From: Octopus bimaculoides | Lineage: Eukaryota | Length of the DNA stretch: 54,034 nt | Direction of reading: 5' to 3' | NCBI RefSeq assembly: GCF_001194135.2 | Contig: NC_068984.1 | Coordinates: forward strand, 50,342,207-50,396,240 | Part shown: one piece after another, positions 1 to 12,204 of the stretch | Numbering within the stretch: the stretch's first letter is position 1 | How the letters are laid out: each line of letters begins with the position of its first letter | Notes under the pieces: generated by a model | Database searches by the model: none | Seen by the model: the letters and a program-made list of their open reading frames with translations, nothing else | Told to the model about the DNA's origin: nothing | Made by a program: the position numbers and the translations under genes

Positions 1-276
1 TATATCCCCTTCTATTTCGTTAAATGCTTCAAGTAACTTGTCTCTAAGTCTCTGTCCGTTTGCAGGGTCTTTAAGCTTCCACACCCTTCTTCTCCAAGCC
101 TGTCTAATTCTGGGCACCCATTTTGCCTTGATCCCAAAGTCGCTAACTACTAATCTATGTTGTGGGGTACATTCTTCGCCAGGGTAGGTTTTGGCATTTA
201 TAAGCCGCCCTCTTTCCCTATTTCTGGCGAGGATGTAGTCGATTTGGCTAGAGTGTCTGCCGGAGCGGTAGGTGAC
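1..276 (-). mobile_element. RTE-clade LINE fragment, C-terminal part of the APE endonuclease (continues beyond the window start)
   Basis: Manual translation of the reverse strand 276->1 gives 92 stop-free codons: VTYRSGRHSSQIDYILARNRERGRLINAKTYPGEECTPQHRLVVSDF...VWKLKDP. The TY.SG..SQIDYIL and PGEEC.PQHRLVV motifs are typical of RTE endonucleases. Confidence 0.85.
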
Positions 277-307
<31 letters not shown>

Positions 308-310
<3 letters not shown>

Positions 311-1360
311 CCATCCTAATTCCAAAATCCACGGAAACGGCAAAATCAACCATCCTAATTCCCAAATTCACGGAAACGGCAAAACCACAAAACTACCCAC
401 CTATAACCTGTCTCCCTACGATCTACAAAGCCTTTACTGCAATAATATCGCAGTGATTGAGTAAGCACCTGGAAAATAACAACCTGNNNNNNNNNNGATT
501 GAGTAAGCACCTGGAAAATAACAACCTGTTTCCAGAAGAGCAGAAGGGATGCTGCTAGGGCTCATACGGCTGTAAAGATCAATTAATGATCAATAAACCC
601 ATAACTGAAGATAGCCGCAGAAAGAAGAAAGACCTAAGCATGGCCTGGATCGACTACCGAAAGGCTTTTGACAGTGTTCACCACACGTGCATCCTCGAAA
701 CACTAGCCATAAACAAGGTGGCACCAATTATTATAAAATACATGACACTCTATGAATAAATGGCACACAGTGCTACAGCTCCAAACAAAAGAGAGACTCG
801 TGAAAACGAAAGCCATCCCCATTAGAAGAGGAATATTCCAGGGAGACACGTTCTCTCCACTCCTGTTCTGCTTGGCACTCACACCTTAAACTGACTTGAT
901 ATACGTCTAAAGTAACTGAGCATAAATTACTTGATCAAGCTAATACTATTAGGAGAAGAAAGGGGATGATAGTATTGGAGGTACAAGAGATCAGAAGAGA
1001 ACCGGAAAAGAAAGACCAGGCAATGAGAAAGACAAACAACAACGTAAGAGATACATCTCAAACCAAAGAAGAGCCTAAAAATAAATAATAATAGCACTAC
1101 CAATAAGGAAGAGACAACTAGCACCAACGCCTTAAGTTATTTAAGTGAGGAAGATCAGAAGATTTTAGATGAGTTGCAGGAGGTAATGAGTAAAGAAATA
1201 ACAAAATGATAAGGGTGGAGCACTTGCAGAAAACAGCACTGCCTGAAACTGCTCGAATACTCCGGATGGTGCTCGAAAAATAAGGAGTGTTACCTTAGTT
1301 CACTGGTAGTGAAAGTCTGACACTGTAGTACATCTCCAGCGTTAGAAGCTGTGCAAAAAA
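308..1360 (+). mobile_element. Decayed, rearranged R4/Dong-like non-LTR retrotransposon (RT, N-terminal and C-terminal pieces, 3' UTR)
   Basis: Translates to YPPITCLPTIYK, EEQKGC..GSYGCKDQLMIN, AWIDYRKAFDSV (643-678), IRRGIFQGDTFSPLLFCLAL (821-880), VTEHKLLDQANTIRRR..LEVQEIRRE (from 903) and IRVEHLQKTALPETARILRMVLEK* (1209-1283), with stops and frameshifts. Flanked by (AAT)n at about 278-307 and 1369-1411. Confidence 0.85.
309..386 (+). repeat. 39-bp tandem duplication at the 5' junction of the R4-like fragment
   Basis: accatcctaattccaaaatccacggaaacggcaaaatca is followed directly by accatcctaattcccaaattcacggaaacggcaaaacca. Confidence 0.85.
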
Positions 1361-1413
1361 AAACAACATAATAATAGTAATAATAATAATAACAATAACA
1401 ATAACGATAATTA

Positions 1414-1628
1414 TCTGATGCAGTATCAGGCGGTGGCTCTAATAGCTTCTTACCTTAAGTGATTGGAAGACTTATCATGTAAATGTTTTTGTCTTGATAT
1501 AAAATATGTGCTACAGCAAACGTTCTGCTCAATACCACAGATTTGCATGTACCCTTATCAGACGGGTAGTTACGACGGCTATATTGAACTTCGCATGTTT
1601 GTACCCCGGTGTCACTTTAATGGCACTG
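1414..1628 (-). mobile_element. Interspersed repeat family E (SINE-like), decayed
   Basis: The reverse complement gtgacaccggggtacaaac...actacccgtctgataagggtaca aligns by eye with 40268-40337 (gtgacgcttaggaacaaat...actacccgtctggtaagtgtaca). Confidence 0.6.
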
Positions 1629-1697
1629 AATTATAATAATAGTAACACTTTCTAATAATAAACTAAGCAGAAGGCCTGAAATTTTGGGGAGCTGGGT

Positions 1698-1740
<43 letters not shown>

Positions 1741-2669
1741 NNNNNNNNNNATTTACTCATTTCCGAACCGTATTACATTTACTTTAAAAAGTTGGACAAA
1801 AGCAAAAATATGTACATACATGCATAAATATGTGCAAAATCAAATGCACATACACATACATACACATATATACATTCATTCTTTGGTATATAAACATATA
1901 TATATGTATTTATACAGATGTATGTTGCTCTCCATTCATCCACCCAGCGATTTGCATCCATCCGACTATTTCTCATGGAGCCAACCTTCCATATAATCGT
2001 CCATTCATTTAGTCATGGATTATGTGGCATATGTATTCATCCCTTTGGATGGGACGTATATATGTACTTTGTCCGATACTTTGGAAATTGCTCTCTTAAC
2101 GGCTTATGAACTTAAACCTCATATTTTACGTGCAGACAGACTCTCCCTGTCTTTTTCCACCCCTTTCTCTCTTCCACTCTCTTTGTCCTACATCTCATAC
2201 AGACACACAGGGTTATTTCACGATCTGAAATATACTCAATATCTAAAAATAGCTGACACAAGATTGACCCTAACTGAACTATGTGTGATGTACTCGGGAT
2301 GCGGACGCTCTCTACTACTATGTCTGTTACTACAAAGGTCAACTGAAATGATGATGTATACAAGTTGAGTTGGCAGTTGACATATGGGCAATCTATATGA
2401 TGTAATACAGTTTCATTGTTTCGGTCAGGGAGTGTGAGGGTATGCGAGCGACTAAAAGAGTGAGAAAGTGACTGACAGAAAATGCTCCATATAAATCTAA
2501 AATCTTTATCACTATTACCGATACCCTTACGGCTCTTACTGAAATTTTTCACTCGTTATTAATTCTGCTAATACATACATGTATATATATGTCTGTGCGC
2601 GTGTATTATGACTAATATTAAGATGAATACTTAGCTAATATTAAGACTAATATTTAATTCAAATACAAA

Positions 2670-2889
2670 GGCGGTGAACTGGCAGAATCGTTACCACGCT
2701 GGGCAAAATGCATAGCGGCAGTTCATCCGTCTTGACGTTCTGAGTTTAAATACCGCCAAGGTAGACTTTGCCTTTCATCATTTCGGGGTCGATAAAATAA
2801 ATACCAGTTCAGTACTGGAGTCGATGTGGTCAACTTACTCGCCCCCCCCCCATCCCCGATCTTGCTGTCCTTTTGCCAAAATTGTAACC
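2670..2889 (+). mobile_element. SINE family A copy with 17-bp TSD
   Basis: Shares GGCGGTGAACTGGCAGAA...GTTCTGAGTT.AAAT...TTTCGGGGTCGATAAAATAA with 33145-33375. Flanks are aatatttaattcaaata (2649-2665) and aatatttaatttaaata (2890-2906). Confidence 0.9.
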
Positions 2890-3028
2890 AATATTTAATT
2901 TAAATATCAAATGTGAAGTCTTTCCCATGTGAACAATCCAACACAGGTTACTAGTTATTGACTTCAGAATTAGAGCTTGAAAGACTCGGAGAATTAAACT
3001 TATCTAGAAATGAAAACTACTTCTTGTA

Positions 3029-4310
3029 CTCAAACACTTCCTAGACCTTTGACCCAACCACCAACCTGACACCTCTACATTTCTTCGTCCGGCAGAACTT
3101 GTTCTCTACCCCTATTGCTTCTCGTTTGCTGGAGATTTTTACCAATAGGTCTCGGTAGAGGCCACAGGAACGAGAATGGACCCCCAACTATGCGAACCTG
3201 TTCGTTGGCTATATTCTCATGATTCACTGGTCCCACTCCCGAACTATACGGTCGTTATATTGATGACTGTATCGTGGTGACCTTACTCTCTCGCGAACAA
3301 CTAGACTCTTTCCCCTCTTTTGTCCAGTCCTTCCATCCTGCTCTCGAATTCTCCTGCACTATTTCCAACACTTCCACCGCATTTCTCAATATTTCGGTCA
3401 ACATACGTCATTCCGCTCTCACTACCTCCATCCACTACAAACACACCAACTCACACTCATATGTTAACTTCTCCTCCTCTCACCCTACACACACCAAGCT
3501 CTCCAACCCCTATTTTCAATTCTTCCATCTGCGCAGGCTATGCAGTGACAACTATGACTTTGAGACTCAGTCTCAATCATGGCTCGCCACTTCATCCTTT
3601 GTGGATATCTCCTAACCACCATCAGACAGCCTTTACCAGAGCACGTTCCATGGACAGTACCTCTGCTCTCTCTCTCCCCGCACCCACCACGCTGTCACCC
3701 GTCTCCTGTTCCCCCTCACCTACCACCCCTCCAGCCTGCCCCTCCAACTCACCATTCTCCGAGCCTTCCNNNNNNNNNNNNNNNNNNNNNNNNCTCGAGT
3801 CCGACCACTCCACCTCGCACACCTTCCCTCTTTCAAACGAGCCCACAACCTACGTGACCTTCTGGTCTACAGTTTCTTCCCTAACCCGACCTCCCAATCT
3901 GACTCGTTCCGCTGCTTCCGCTCACGCTACCGCACTTGCCCCTGCTTCTCCAACACCACCATCCTCACAGGCACCCATCATCGTCCCTATCATATCACCG
4001 ACTCCTTTACCTACACTTCTAGCAATATCGTTTATTGCATCTCCTCTTTCTGCCCTTCTTTGTACATCGGTCAAACGGGACTCCAGTTGGTTGACCGATT
4101 CGCGGAGCACCTCTGAGACATCAGACTCAGCAACGACACCTGGGTCTCACGCCATTTCCGCTCTACCGGTCATTCACTACAACACCTGTATGTGTTCGGG
4201 TTGTCTTTGCACAGGGGCCATCCGGACTCCTGCCTTCGCAGTGAACAGGAATTAATCTTCTCTCTTCGCTCTTTTGCATCACATAGGCTCAACTCCCCTC
4301 CTCATTTCAT
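3029..4310 (+). mobile_element. Penelope-like retroelement (PLE): RT plus GIY-YIG endonuclease, pseudogenised
   Basis: LKHFLDL..FSFAGDFYQ..ATGTRM..NYANLFVGY, RYIDDC (YIDD at 3256-3267), SFHPALEFS, HYKHTNSHSYVNFSSSHP, FHLRRLCS, then NIVYCISSFCPSLYIGQTG..DRFAEHL*DIR..VSRHF..GHSL..EQELIFSL (from 4021). Frameshifts and stops present. Confidence 0.92.
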
Positions 4311-4399
4311 TTTGACTTACTTCCTCTCCTCTCTTCATCTGACACCTACTTCCTCTCTTCACTCCTACCCACCTTCTCTCTTCATTGATATCCCCTTCC

Positions 4400-4760
4400 A
4401 CCCACACCCTTACACCAACACCTCCACCCCACACCACACATCCTCACATCTCTACCAATACATTCCCACTCCACCACACACCACACTACACACCACCACA
4501 CCAAATCACACCACAACACACCACTTCACACATACTAGCACTGACCACTTCCCAGCACCCACACCACACACCACCATCTGCACACCCACACGCCATCATC
4601 CGCACACACACACCATCATCTATTCACCCACACATTGCAAACGCACACACTTACACGTACACATGATGAAGCAGTCCTGTGTAAGTGTGTGCAAACAATA
4701 ATTAGCCCCTATCCACACACACACATATTCTCACATACACGCACAAGCACGCGCACCTTC
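4400..4760. repeat. Low-complexity CAC/CA-rich tract downstream of the PLE
   Basis: Degenerate (CACAC)n/(CA)n sequence that produces spurious H/T/P-rich ORFs. Confidence 0.8.
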
Positions 4761-4904
4761 ATTTTGGGATCACCATTACTTTATTATCTCCCCTTCTTTC
4801 TACCTCTCCTGTTAAACTTTCTCCCAAATAGTCGTCATGCTTGATGGCTAACTCCACACGTTTTTTTATACCCTCTCTCTCTCTCTCTCTCTGTTTATTT
4901 TCTC

Positions 4905-5035
4905 TTATTCCTTTCTGCTGAAGAGCGTAGGCTCGAAACATAAAAGACTTTCTCACTTACCCGAGCGTCAAACTAATATGCCTGCCTGTTGTTCATACAC
5001 CTGTCTTCGTCTTTTGATTTTCCGTAAATTTCAAC
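4905..5035 (+). mobile_element. PLE-terminal-like repeat with hammerhead-like core
   Basis: CTGAAGA (4918-4924) GCGTAGGCTC GAAAC. A related motif is on the minus strand at 52256-52280 (ccgaagctatgctcgaaacgtaaaa). Confidence 0.45.
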
Positions 5036-6036
5036 TTTATACATACATACATACATACATACATACATACATACTTACATATACACAAACTCACACACAG
5101 AGGCATTTGATTTGGGGGTTAAGTGGTCACCAGACAATCTTGCCAAATATCGATGATTCCTATCCTGTATTTCAGAATGCGTTATATCCAGTCAGCGATT
5201 ATATAATTGCTCAGCTCTCAGCTACGTAGTCCAGTCAGCTCTAACATTCTTAGAATATTTATGTCTAAGACAGGGGTGGTTGTATCATCTCAATATATTC
5301 AACAGCTGTTTGNNNNNNNNNNNNNNNNNNNNNNNNNNNNNNNNNNNNNNNNNNNNNNNNNNNNNNNNNNNNNNNNNNNNNNNTTTTTTTTTTTTTTTTT
5401 TTTGCTGTTTGAGCATGCATTTACAATAAAGGGCAATTTCAAAGCATTACAAAACTAGATAGGAAGATATTATTAGGCAGCGCTACTACATAGAATTGAA
5501 AAGAAAAGATAAACGGACAACATAGATTCGCTATGATGAAGCACGAAACAATGTCTGCTGCTGTACTTAACTGTTTGAAGGTCTTTTTTATCTGAGCTAG
5601 ACAACGTAATTCAACGAAATCACAACGTTATGATTAACGGTTCAAAGTATTGACATTCGGAATCACAATACATATTCTCTAGTTTTCGCTCTCTTCCTCT
5701 GTCTCTTTCTCTCTGTCTCTCTGTCTTTCTTTCTCCCCCCCCACGCGCATACATGCAGACAGATACATATGCACACATACGCACGAATGTAAACACAATC
5801 ACACAGGATTTCAGTTGAAAACACCTTCAAAAAGTAATTACATATGATTACATTATCGAAAATGTAAACTCATACAGTGTGCAGTGTCTAATTTAATTTC
5901 CAGAGTTTTATTGTGTGTATGTGTGTGTGTGCGTGTGTGTGTATGTGTGTGTATTTGTGCGTGTGTGTGTGTGTGTGTGTGTGTAGATAGATAGACAGTC
6001 AGAGACAGACAGATATACATATATATATATATGTAT

Positions 6037-6037
<1 letters not shown>

Positions 6038-6101
<64 letters not shown>
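6038..6101. repeat. (GATA)n microsatellite preceded by (TG)n/(TA)n
   Basis: Direct reading. Confidence 0.95.
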
Positions 6102-6102
<1 letters not shown>

Positions 6103-6669
6103 GTGTATAAATACGCATTAACACACGCTAACACGTAGACAATTACACAACTTGTGTATGTGTATGTGTGACCTTTTCGATATATGTGCGAGTGTGTGTA
6201 TATGTTTTAGTGTTTGTACAGTTCATATTGCTTCTATTTTTACGTGGTCACCATTCCACAAGTTGAAACACGCCGTATGTAAAAAGATGAAAACATCATT
6301 TACGCAAAATAAAATAAATACTTGAATAGTCAGTGGAAATAATGACTAGTTACAGAAATGGCAAGTCATAAATTAAATAGCAGACAGTAATAAAACAAAA
6401 ACGAAATGTTTTGTTGCGATCAAATTGCGATCAAATTGCGATCAAAAATGGCTTCAGATATTTGCTTTTCTCCCATTACAACCAATGACTGAAATAAAGT
6501 GGTTGACATCGATTATAGATTTGTACAGAAACCTATATAATATAGTGGAGTGGTCAATAAATGATGTGCATTTCCGGAACGAGGTGTGATGGTATGCTGT
6601 CAGCGAACCGAACCACAGATCTATTTCATTAACTTTAAGAAAGATATGATTGTGATGCAGTTTGATTTC

Positions 6670-6856
6670 GTACTTCCTCGTAGAAAATGCTTAGCGTCAT
6701 TTTGTCCGTTCTTGCGTTCTGAGTTCAAATTCCACAGAGGTTGACTTTGTCTTTCATCATTTCGGAGTCGATAAAATAAGTACCAGTTGAGCACTAGAGT
6801 TGATATAATTGACTTACTCTTCTCCCGTAATTGCTGGCCTGGTGCCAAAATTTGAA
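6670..6856 (+). mobile_element. SINE family A copy, 5'-decayed
   Basis: aaatgcttagcg...gttctgagttcaaattcc...gtcgataaaataagtaccagttgagcact...gtgccaaaatttgaa. Confidence 0.85.
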
Positions 6857-6885
6857 GCCCTTTTTTTTATTACATTTATCTAAAC

Positions 6886-7089
6886 CGGTGAGTTAGCAGA
6901 ATCGTTAGCACGCGATGGAAAAATGCTTATCAACATTTTGTCTGTCTTTACATTCTGAGTTCAATTTTCGCCAAGATCAATTTTGCCTTTCTGGGTTGAG
7001 AAAATAAGGACTAGTCTAGAACTGGAGTTAATGTAATCGACTTGGCCCCTATCTCAAAATTTCACGTTTGTGCCAATAAGTAGAAAGGA
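6886..7089 (+). mobile_element. SINE family A copy with perfect 15-bp TSD
   Basis: cggtgagttagcagaatcgttagcacg...; ttattacatttatct occurs at 6867-6881 and 7090-7104. Confidence 0.88.
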
Positions 7090-7244
7090 TTATTACATTT
7101 ATCTTGTTTACGCTGCCATTTCAGAATTATTCTGCGATCCATGTGACGCTAAGACATAAGGCTTTGGTCACAACCAACAATATTGTTCTCACATGATAAA
7201 TATATAAACTAGCATTTCATATTATGTTTATTATTAATGTTACT

Positions 7245-7628
7245 GGAGTGGAAGCACAATGGCCCAGTGGTTAGGGCAGCGGACTCGCGTTCATAAGATC
7301 GCGGTTTCGATTGCAAGACTAGGCGTTGTGAGTGTTTATTGAGCAAAAACACCTTAACCTCCACGAGGCTCCGGCAGGGGATGGTGGTGAACCCAGTTGT
7401 ACACTTTCACTACAACTTTCTCTCACTTTTACTTCCTGTTTCTGTTGTGCCTGTGGTTCAAAAGGTCAGCCTTGCCACACTGTGTCACGCTGAATCTCCC
7501 CAAAAACTACGTTAAGGGTGCACGTGTCTGTGGAGTGCTCAGCCACTTGCACATTAATTTTACGAGCAGGCTGTTCCGTTGATCGGATCAACTGGAACCC
7601 TCGACGTCGTAAGCGACGGAGTGCCAAC
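7245..7628 (+). mobile_element. tRNA-derived SINE family C, near full length
   Basis: Head tggcccagtggttagggc (A box) and gtttcgatt (B-box-like). Colinear and highly similar to the reverse complement of 52431-52808; ends gtcgtaagcgacggagtgccaac. Confidence 0.92.
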
Positions 7629-9558
7629 TCAATGTTCATGGAATAACGAGAACCTCTCTGTGACCGCACTGCTTACTTAATGTAGTAGCCAAATCTCCTT
7701 TAAATTATGTTCTTAGCTCTACTTTTACGTGCGGGTGCTAAGAAGTTCCTGGCTATGGATAATAGAAAATACAGGAGGATCATTTGATTATGATTTTATT
7801 CAACATATTCCACTTTCAGATTCACACACTTATTGCAGTGGTCCTTCAGTTATTAAACTCTGTAAAAGAACTCGAAAAGTTGGGCCTTCAGCCAGGCCTT
7901 TCGCAATATCCTTAAAGCCAGGAACTTTTCAACACCTCTTCGTATTCTTGTTCCAAGCATTTTCAAATTTGTTTCCCTACATATGTTGAGCTTCGGAGAA
8001 TTCAGTTTTTTTTTTTGTTTTTTTTAACTGCGATCTAAATAAGGGTATATTTTCATAGATGCAATAAATATTTTCAAATGTGAGTCAGTGCAGACCAATG
8101 TTTTATAGATACATAACTAATCGATCACAGATGGTTGAAAATCCTTCTACCCACGAAGGATATTGAACTCGGCGACTAGATGGATGAAACTAACTACTGT
8201 AACACATTTGATTACCTCCCCAGTCTCCCCAGTTACTCTTTAATTTTATAAGAGTCGTAAGAGATAGATAACATGATAAAAGAATGACTGCAATGTCCTT
8301 TTATACCACTGAGATAAGTTTCTGTGTGTTCCTACATGAAAATATAAAGATCCTTTGCAAATGTTAGGGTGGATGAACTAACCAACTAGCACATTCCTAG
8401 AATCTTTGGCATGAAAATCAGAGACATAGGAGTTAAAGCTGATACCTTATCTTTATATTCTTTATACTTTTTGTATTTCTTTCATTATATATTTATAAAT
8501 TCATTTATTTATAATTTGTATTTCGTCGACTATAGTAATACAAATATAAATTTACTTTTACTAAAAACAATATACTGCAGGTGTGACCAGAGATTGTGGT
8601 GTTGACAACTTAAATTGACCGGGAATAGGATAAGCACTTCAACTTAAGTTTCTGTTTCTTACTAAACAAGGTTAGTTATCAGTAAATACAGTGATAACCA
8701 ACATTTTTGTTCTTACGACTTATTTACAGCCTTCCAAAACACTTTTCAATTCTCTAATGAAAGTCAATCCTTTAAATGCCAAGGCTCATTTATTTTAACG
8801 ATACCGAAACCTATCTTATTTATGTATGTTATCAGAACGGTGGCTTAGCTATTTAACATGGCTGTAATCGTGATTGATGTTAGCTTGCTTGCATAAACCT
8901 GTCTCTTGTGAAGCCACTGAAAGCGTATGTATTCGAGATTAAGCTTTAATGTACTCTTGTATTTTCGTGGTTTTGTTTGTATGTTAGTAATTATAGAATT
9001 CGGAGTGCCTTTCATACGTTAAACCGCCAAGCACTCCATCTTAAATACAATCCTAAATTGGCTTTTATATCAAACTAATCGGTTCTGATTGTTTAGATAT
9101 ATAGATTTGAAATAAGTGGTTATTTATACACATAAACTTGAAAGGATAACACAAGTGTATTCAGTTATGTGCTATGGAATTCTAATATACTTCTAGACAG
9201 AACACATATTTCTAAATGCGGTTTTAGGGAAAATCCATTATAACAGATGATCACTTAAAACATACGAGAAACGACAAAATTGCAAGCAATTTTTTTTCTT
9301 TTTATCATAACTCTGTAGGAACGCCGAAAATATATCATTAACTTATCAATATATATATAAGTATTTTGTTCTATTTATTCTTTTACTGGTTATTTTTTGA
9401 AATCCAATCATGCTAGGGTGTTACTTTGAAGCGTTTCCGCCAATTACACCAATTCAGTACTTAGTCTAGCTCCTTGTTTTATCGTTCTGTGTTCATCGAA
9501 TTGTTAAATCGGGCTTTTGACATAAAAAGATTAGATTCAATTCATGAAACTATCAGTT

Positions 9559-9562
<4 letters not shown>

Positions 9563-9654
<92 letters not shown>
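9563..9654. repeat. (CA)n microsatellite
   Basis: Direct reading; long pure tract. Confidence 0.97.
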
Positions 9655-9655
<1 letters not shown>

Positions 9656-9862
9656 CGGTAGTAGTAATAATCATTGTTAGAACTTTCACCTAACTAAATA
9701 TTGGCTCTTTTGAATCCCTTGTGGTACATTTCTTGCTACAACCTCGGGTGATTTTCTTTCTTACTTGAATTTGCGTATTATAAATTAGGGTTTAAGGAGT
9801 AATCTATTTCTCTCTGTTATCCTATAGCAGTAATTAACAATAATTATGAATATATAATATAT

Positions 9863-10013
9863 GCATAGGCATGGTTGTGTGCTTAAAGAGCTCGCATTGC
9901 TACCAAGTAGTATTGGATCCAGTTCCACTGTGCGCTGCCATGGAGAAATATCTCCTACTTTAATTCTTTGAGTAAATTTGGTAGATGGAAACAGTGTGGA
10001 ACCCCATCGTTTG

Positions 10014-10061
<48 letters not shown>

Positions 10062-10295
10062 TGTGTGTGTGTGTCTGTCTGTCTGTCTGTTTGTGTGTCT
10101 GTGTGTGTGACTGTGTGTCTCTGTGTGTCTGTGTTTGTGTGTATGTGGGTGTATGTGTATGTATCTATTGTTAGTATCTATGTGTCTGTGGTTGTCATCT
10201 ATCGCTTGAGAACCATTGTTAATTTGATTATTTTGCTAGCAGTTATTGATGCGACAAGAGAGACCAATAGAATAAGTACCAGACTTTAAAGAAAA
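9863..10295 (+). mobile_element. SINE family B, diverged copy with internal (TG)n
   Basis: Head ggcatggttgtgtg...tttggtagatggaaac, then (TG)n, then tail agagaccaatagaataagtaccagactt; same layout as 35509-35965. Confidence 0.8.
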
Positions 10296-11201
10296 GCATA
10301 AATACAGGAAGCAATTTATTCTAAAATTCTTCAAGACGTTGTCCCAGCATAGGCGCAGCCCAATTACTGAATAGTAAACAATTAATAATGTCATGATTGC
10401 TTTTTTAATTAACAAAATAACAAGCAAACATTACAATACATGATTTCAAACAGATCTGTCGCCAGAAATATACACGAGCAGCTAAGAATATATTCTATTC
10501 TACTTTGTGAATTCTATTTCTTTTTAATCCTTTTCATTGATGCTATTTTCTATATTAAGACAAGTTAAGGTCAAGAAGCTACGAAGAAAAAAATCTTCCA
10601 TCTTAATCATTCTATGTTCAGGACTTAGCAAAGCTCGTACAATGTCAATAATACCTACAGCCATGTGACGTGGAAAGTCTAAAGCTTCTGGTTATTTCTT
10701 TTCAACAGAGAGTAGAGAAAGACGGGGGTGTCGTTAGTTCGACTGCCAACTGGAACTATTTGAAGTGTCTCTGAGTTGAAAAAGTTTTCCAATGAGTGAT
10801 GACATTAAAAGTTTCAGGACTGTGTCGGAAGTTCTAGATAATAATAGAATTATCATCCTAAGAAATCTCGTTTCACTAACAACTAGATCTTTGGATTACC
10901 TTTCACTACAATAACATCTGAGAATTACCTTCCCACAGCTTGTTTAAAAAAAGGTTCTGTTCATTGCGTTAACTACCAACAGGTAGTAACATTATATTTC
11001 CAATTCCTTGCAGTAATAACAGTAATATATAATATATAGCTTATATTTCGTAAATTAGCGGTTCAGTTATAGAGTCTAATAAAATAAGTACCAGACTTAA
11101 AAAAAATATATATATATATTGACATATGCGTGTGTCAGTGTGTGTGTTTGTGTCTGTGTGTGTGTGTGCGCACGTATATGTACGTGTATGTGTTTGTATG
11201 T

Positions 11202-11233
<32 letters not shown>

Positions 11234-12153
11234 CTGTACAAATAGAATATTCATCAGCCCATTGCCTACAAAATTAGACTTTTCAAAAATGTTGATTAGC
11301 TTAGAATGAAGTGAAATATTGAGTTGAATATGTGGAAATTTCGTTAGGTATTTTATTTTGTTGTCTACGAATATAGACTGTATATTTTAATGTATAACTT
11401 CACATATTTAAAGAGATCGATTGTCTACAACATGTTTATAATTTGTTCACAATATCGATCACTTTCTTTGAAGCATTTATAATAGAATAGTTGTAACATT
11501 GTATTATGAGATAGGATGTACACATTTTATATGTAAATATATATATACATGCAGGCACGCATACACACACACATATAGATGTACATATACGAACATAAAT
11601 ACATATATAAATACATACATACACACATGTGTGATGTTAGCCATTTACGGAGTTTATACATTTCACTGAAAGTGAAAGGAAGTAGGAAATATTCCCAAGG
11701 AACTCTTCTATTTCGCTATTAACTTGACACTGGCAAGAGCAAAATATTAGTATGTTAAACATCCATTGATTTCAATATCCTATGTGTATAAGGAGAGAGT
11801 CACCTCATGTTTAGTCTCTAGACTGCTCGAAATAGCAGCCAGTTCTCCCACAAATCATGAATGTGTGCTATGTTATGTGCAAATATTTGGTGTCAGTGCA
11901 TGTGCAGATCTGTGTGCTTTATTCTATGTGTGTTACTCACACATATGCTAAACGTTTGGAAAGTCTTGCATATTTTGACAGTTCCATTGATGATTTATAC
12001 TTGTAGTCTTCTAATTATCGTTTCCCATTCTGGTTTTGAGAAATTTAATTCCCCAAGTATGCTTAAATAGAATGCATGTATGAACATATGCATGTATGAA
12101 CGTACGTATGTATCTATGCATGCGTCTATATATGCTTGCATGTTAGTATGCAT

Positions 12154-12204
<51 letters not shown>

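Noticed and set aside
455-528. Exact ~32-bp duplication (gattgagtaagcacctggaaaataacaacctg) on both sides of a short N-run
   Set aside because: Typical overlapping contig ends around a scaffold gap; an assembly artefact.
3320-4255. 311-aa Ser/Pro/Thr-rich ORF as a mucin-like gene
   Set aside because: It is an alternative frame of the C-rich PLE; the RT and GIY-YIG motifs lie in other frames.
5528-5560. Hammerhead-like ATGATGA-AGCAC-GAAAC-AAT-GTC
   Set aside because: Core C3 is missing, there is no stem II and stem I does not pair.
7258-7325. tRNA gene (also the heads at 30264, 35509 and 52740-52800)
   Set aside because: The A/B boxes continue into multicopy SINE bodies, and the acceptor and anticodon stems do not pair properly.
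8839-8852. 14-mer ggtggcttagctat shared with 18225-18238
   Set aside because: No extended homology; chance or an unresolvable ancient repeat.
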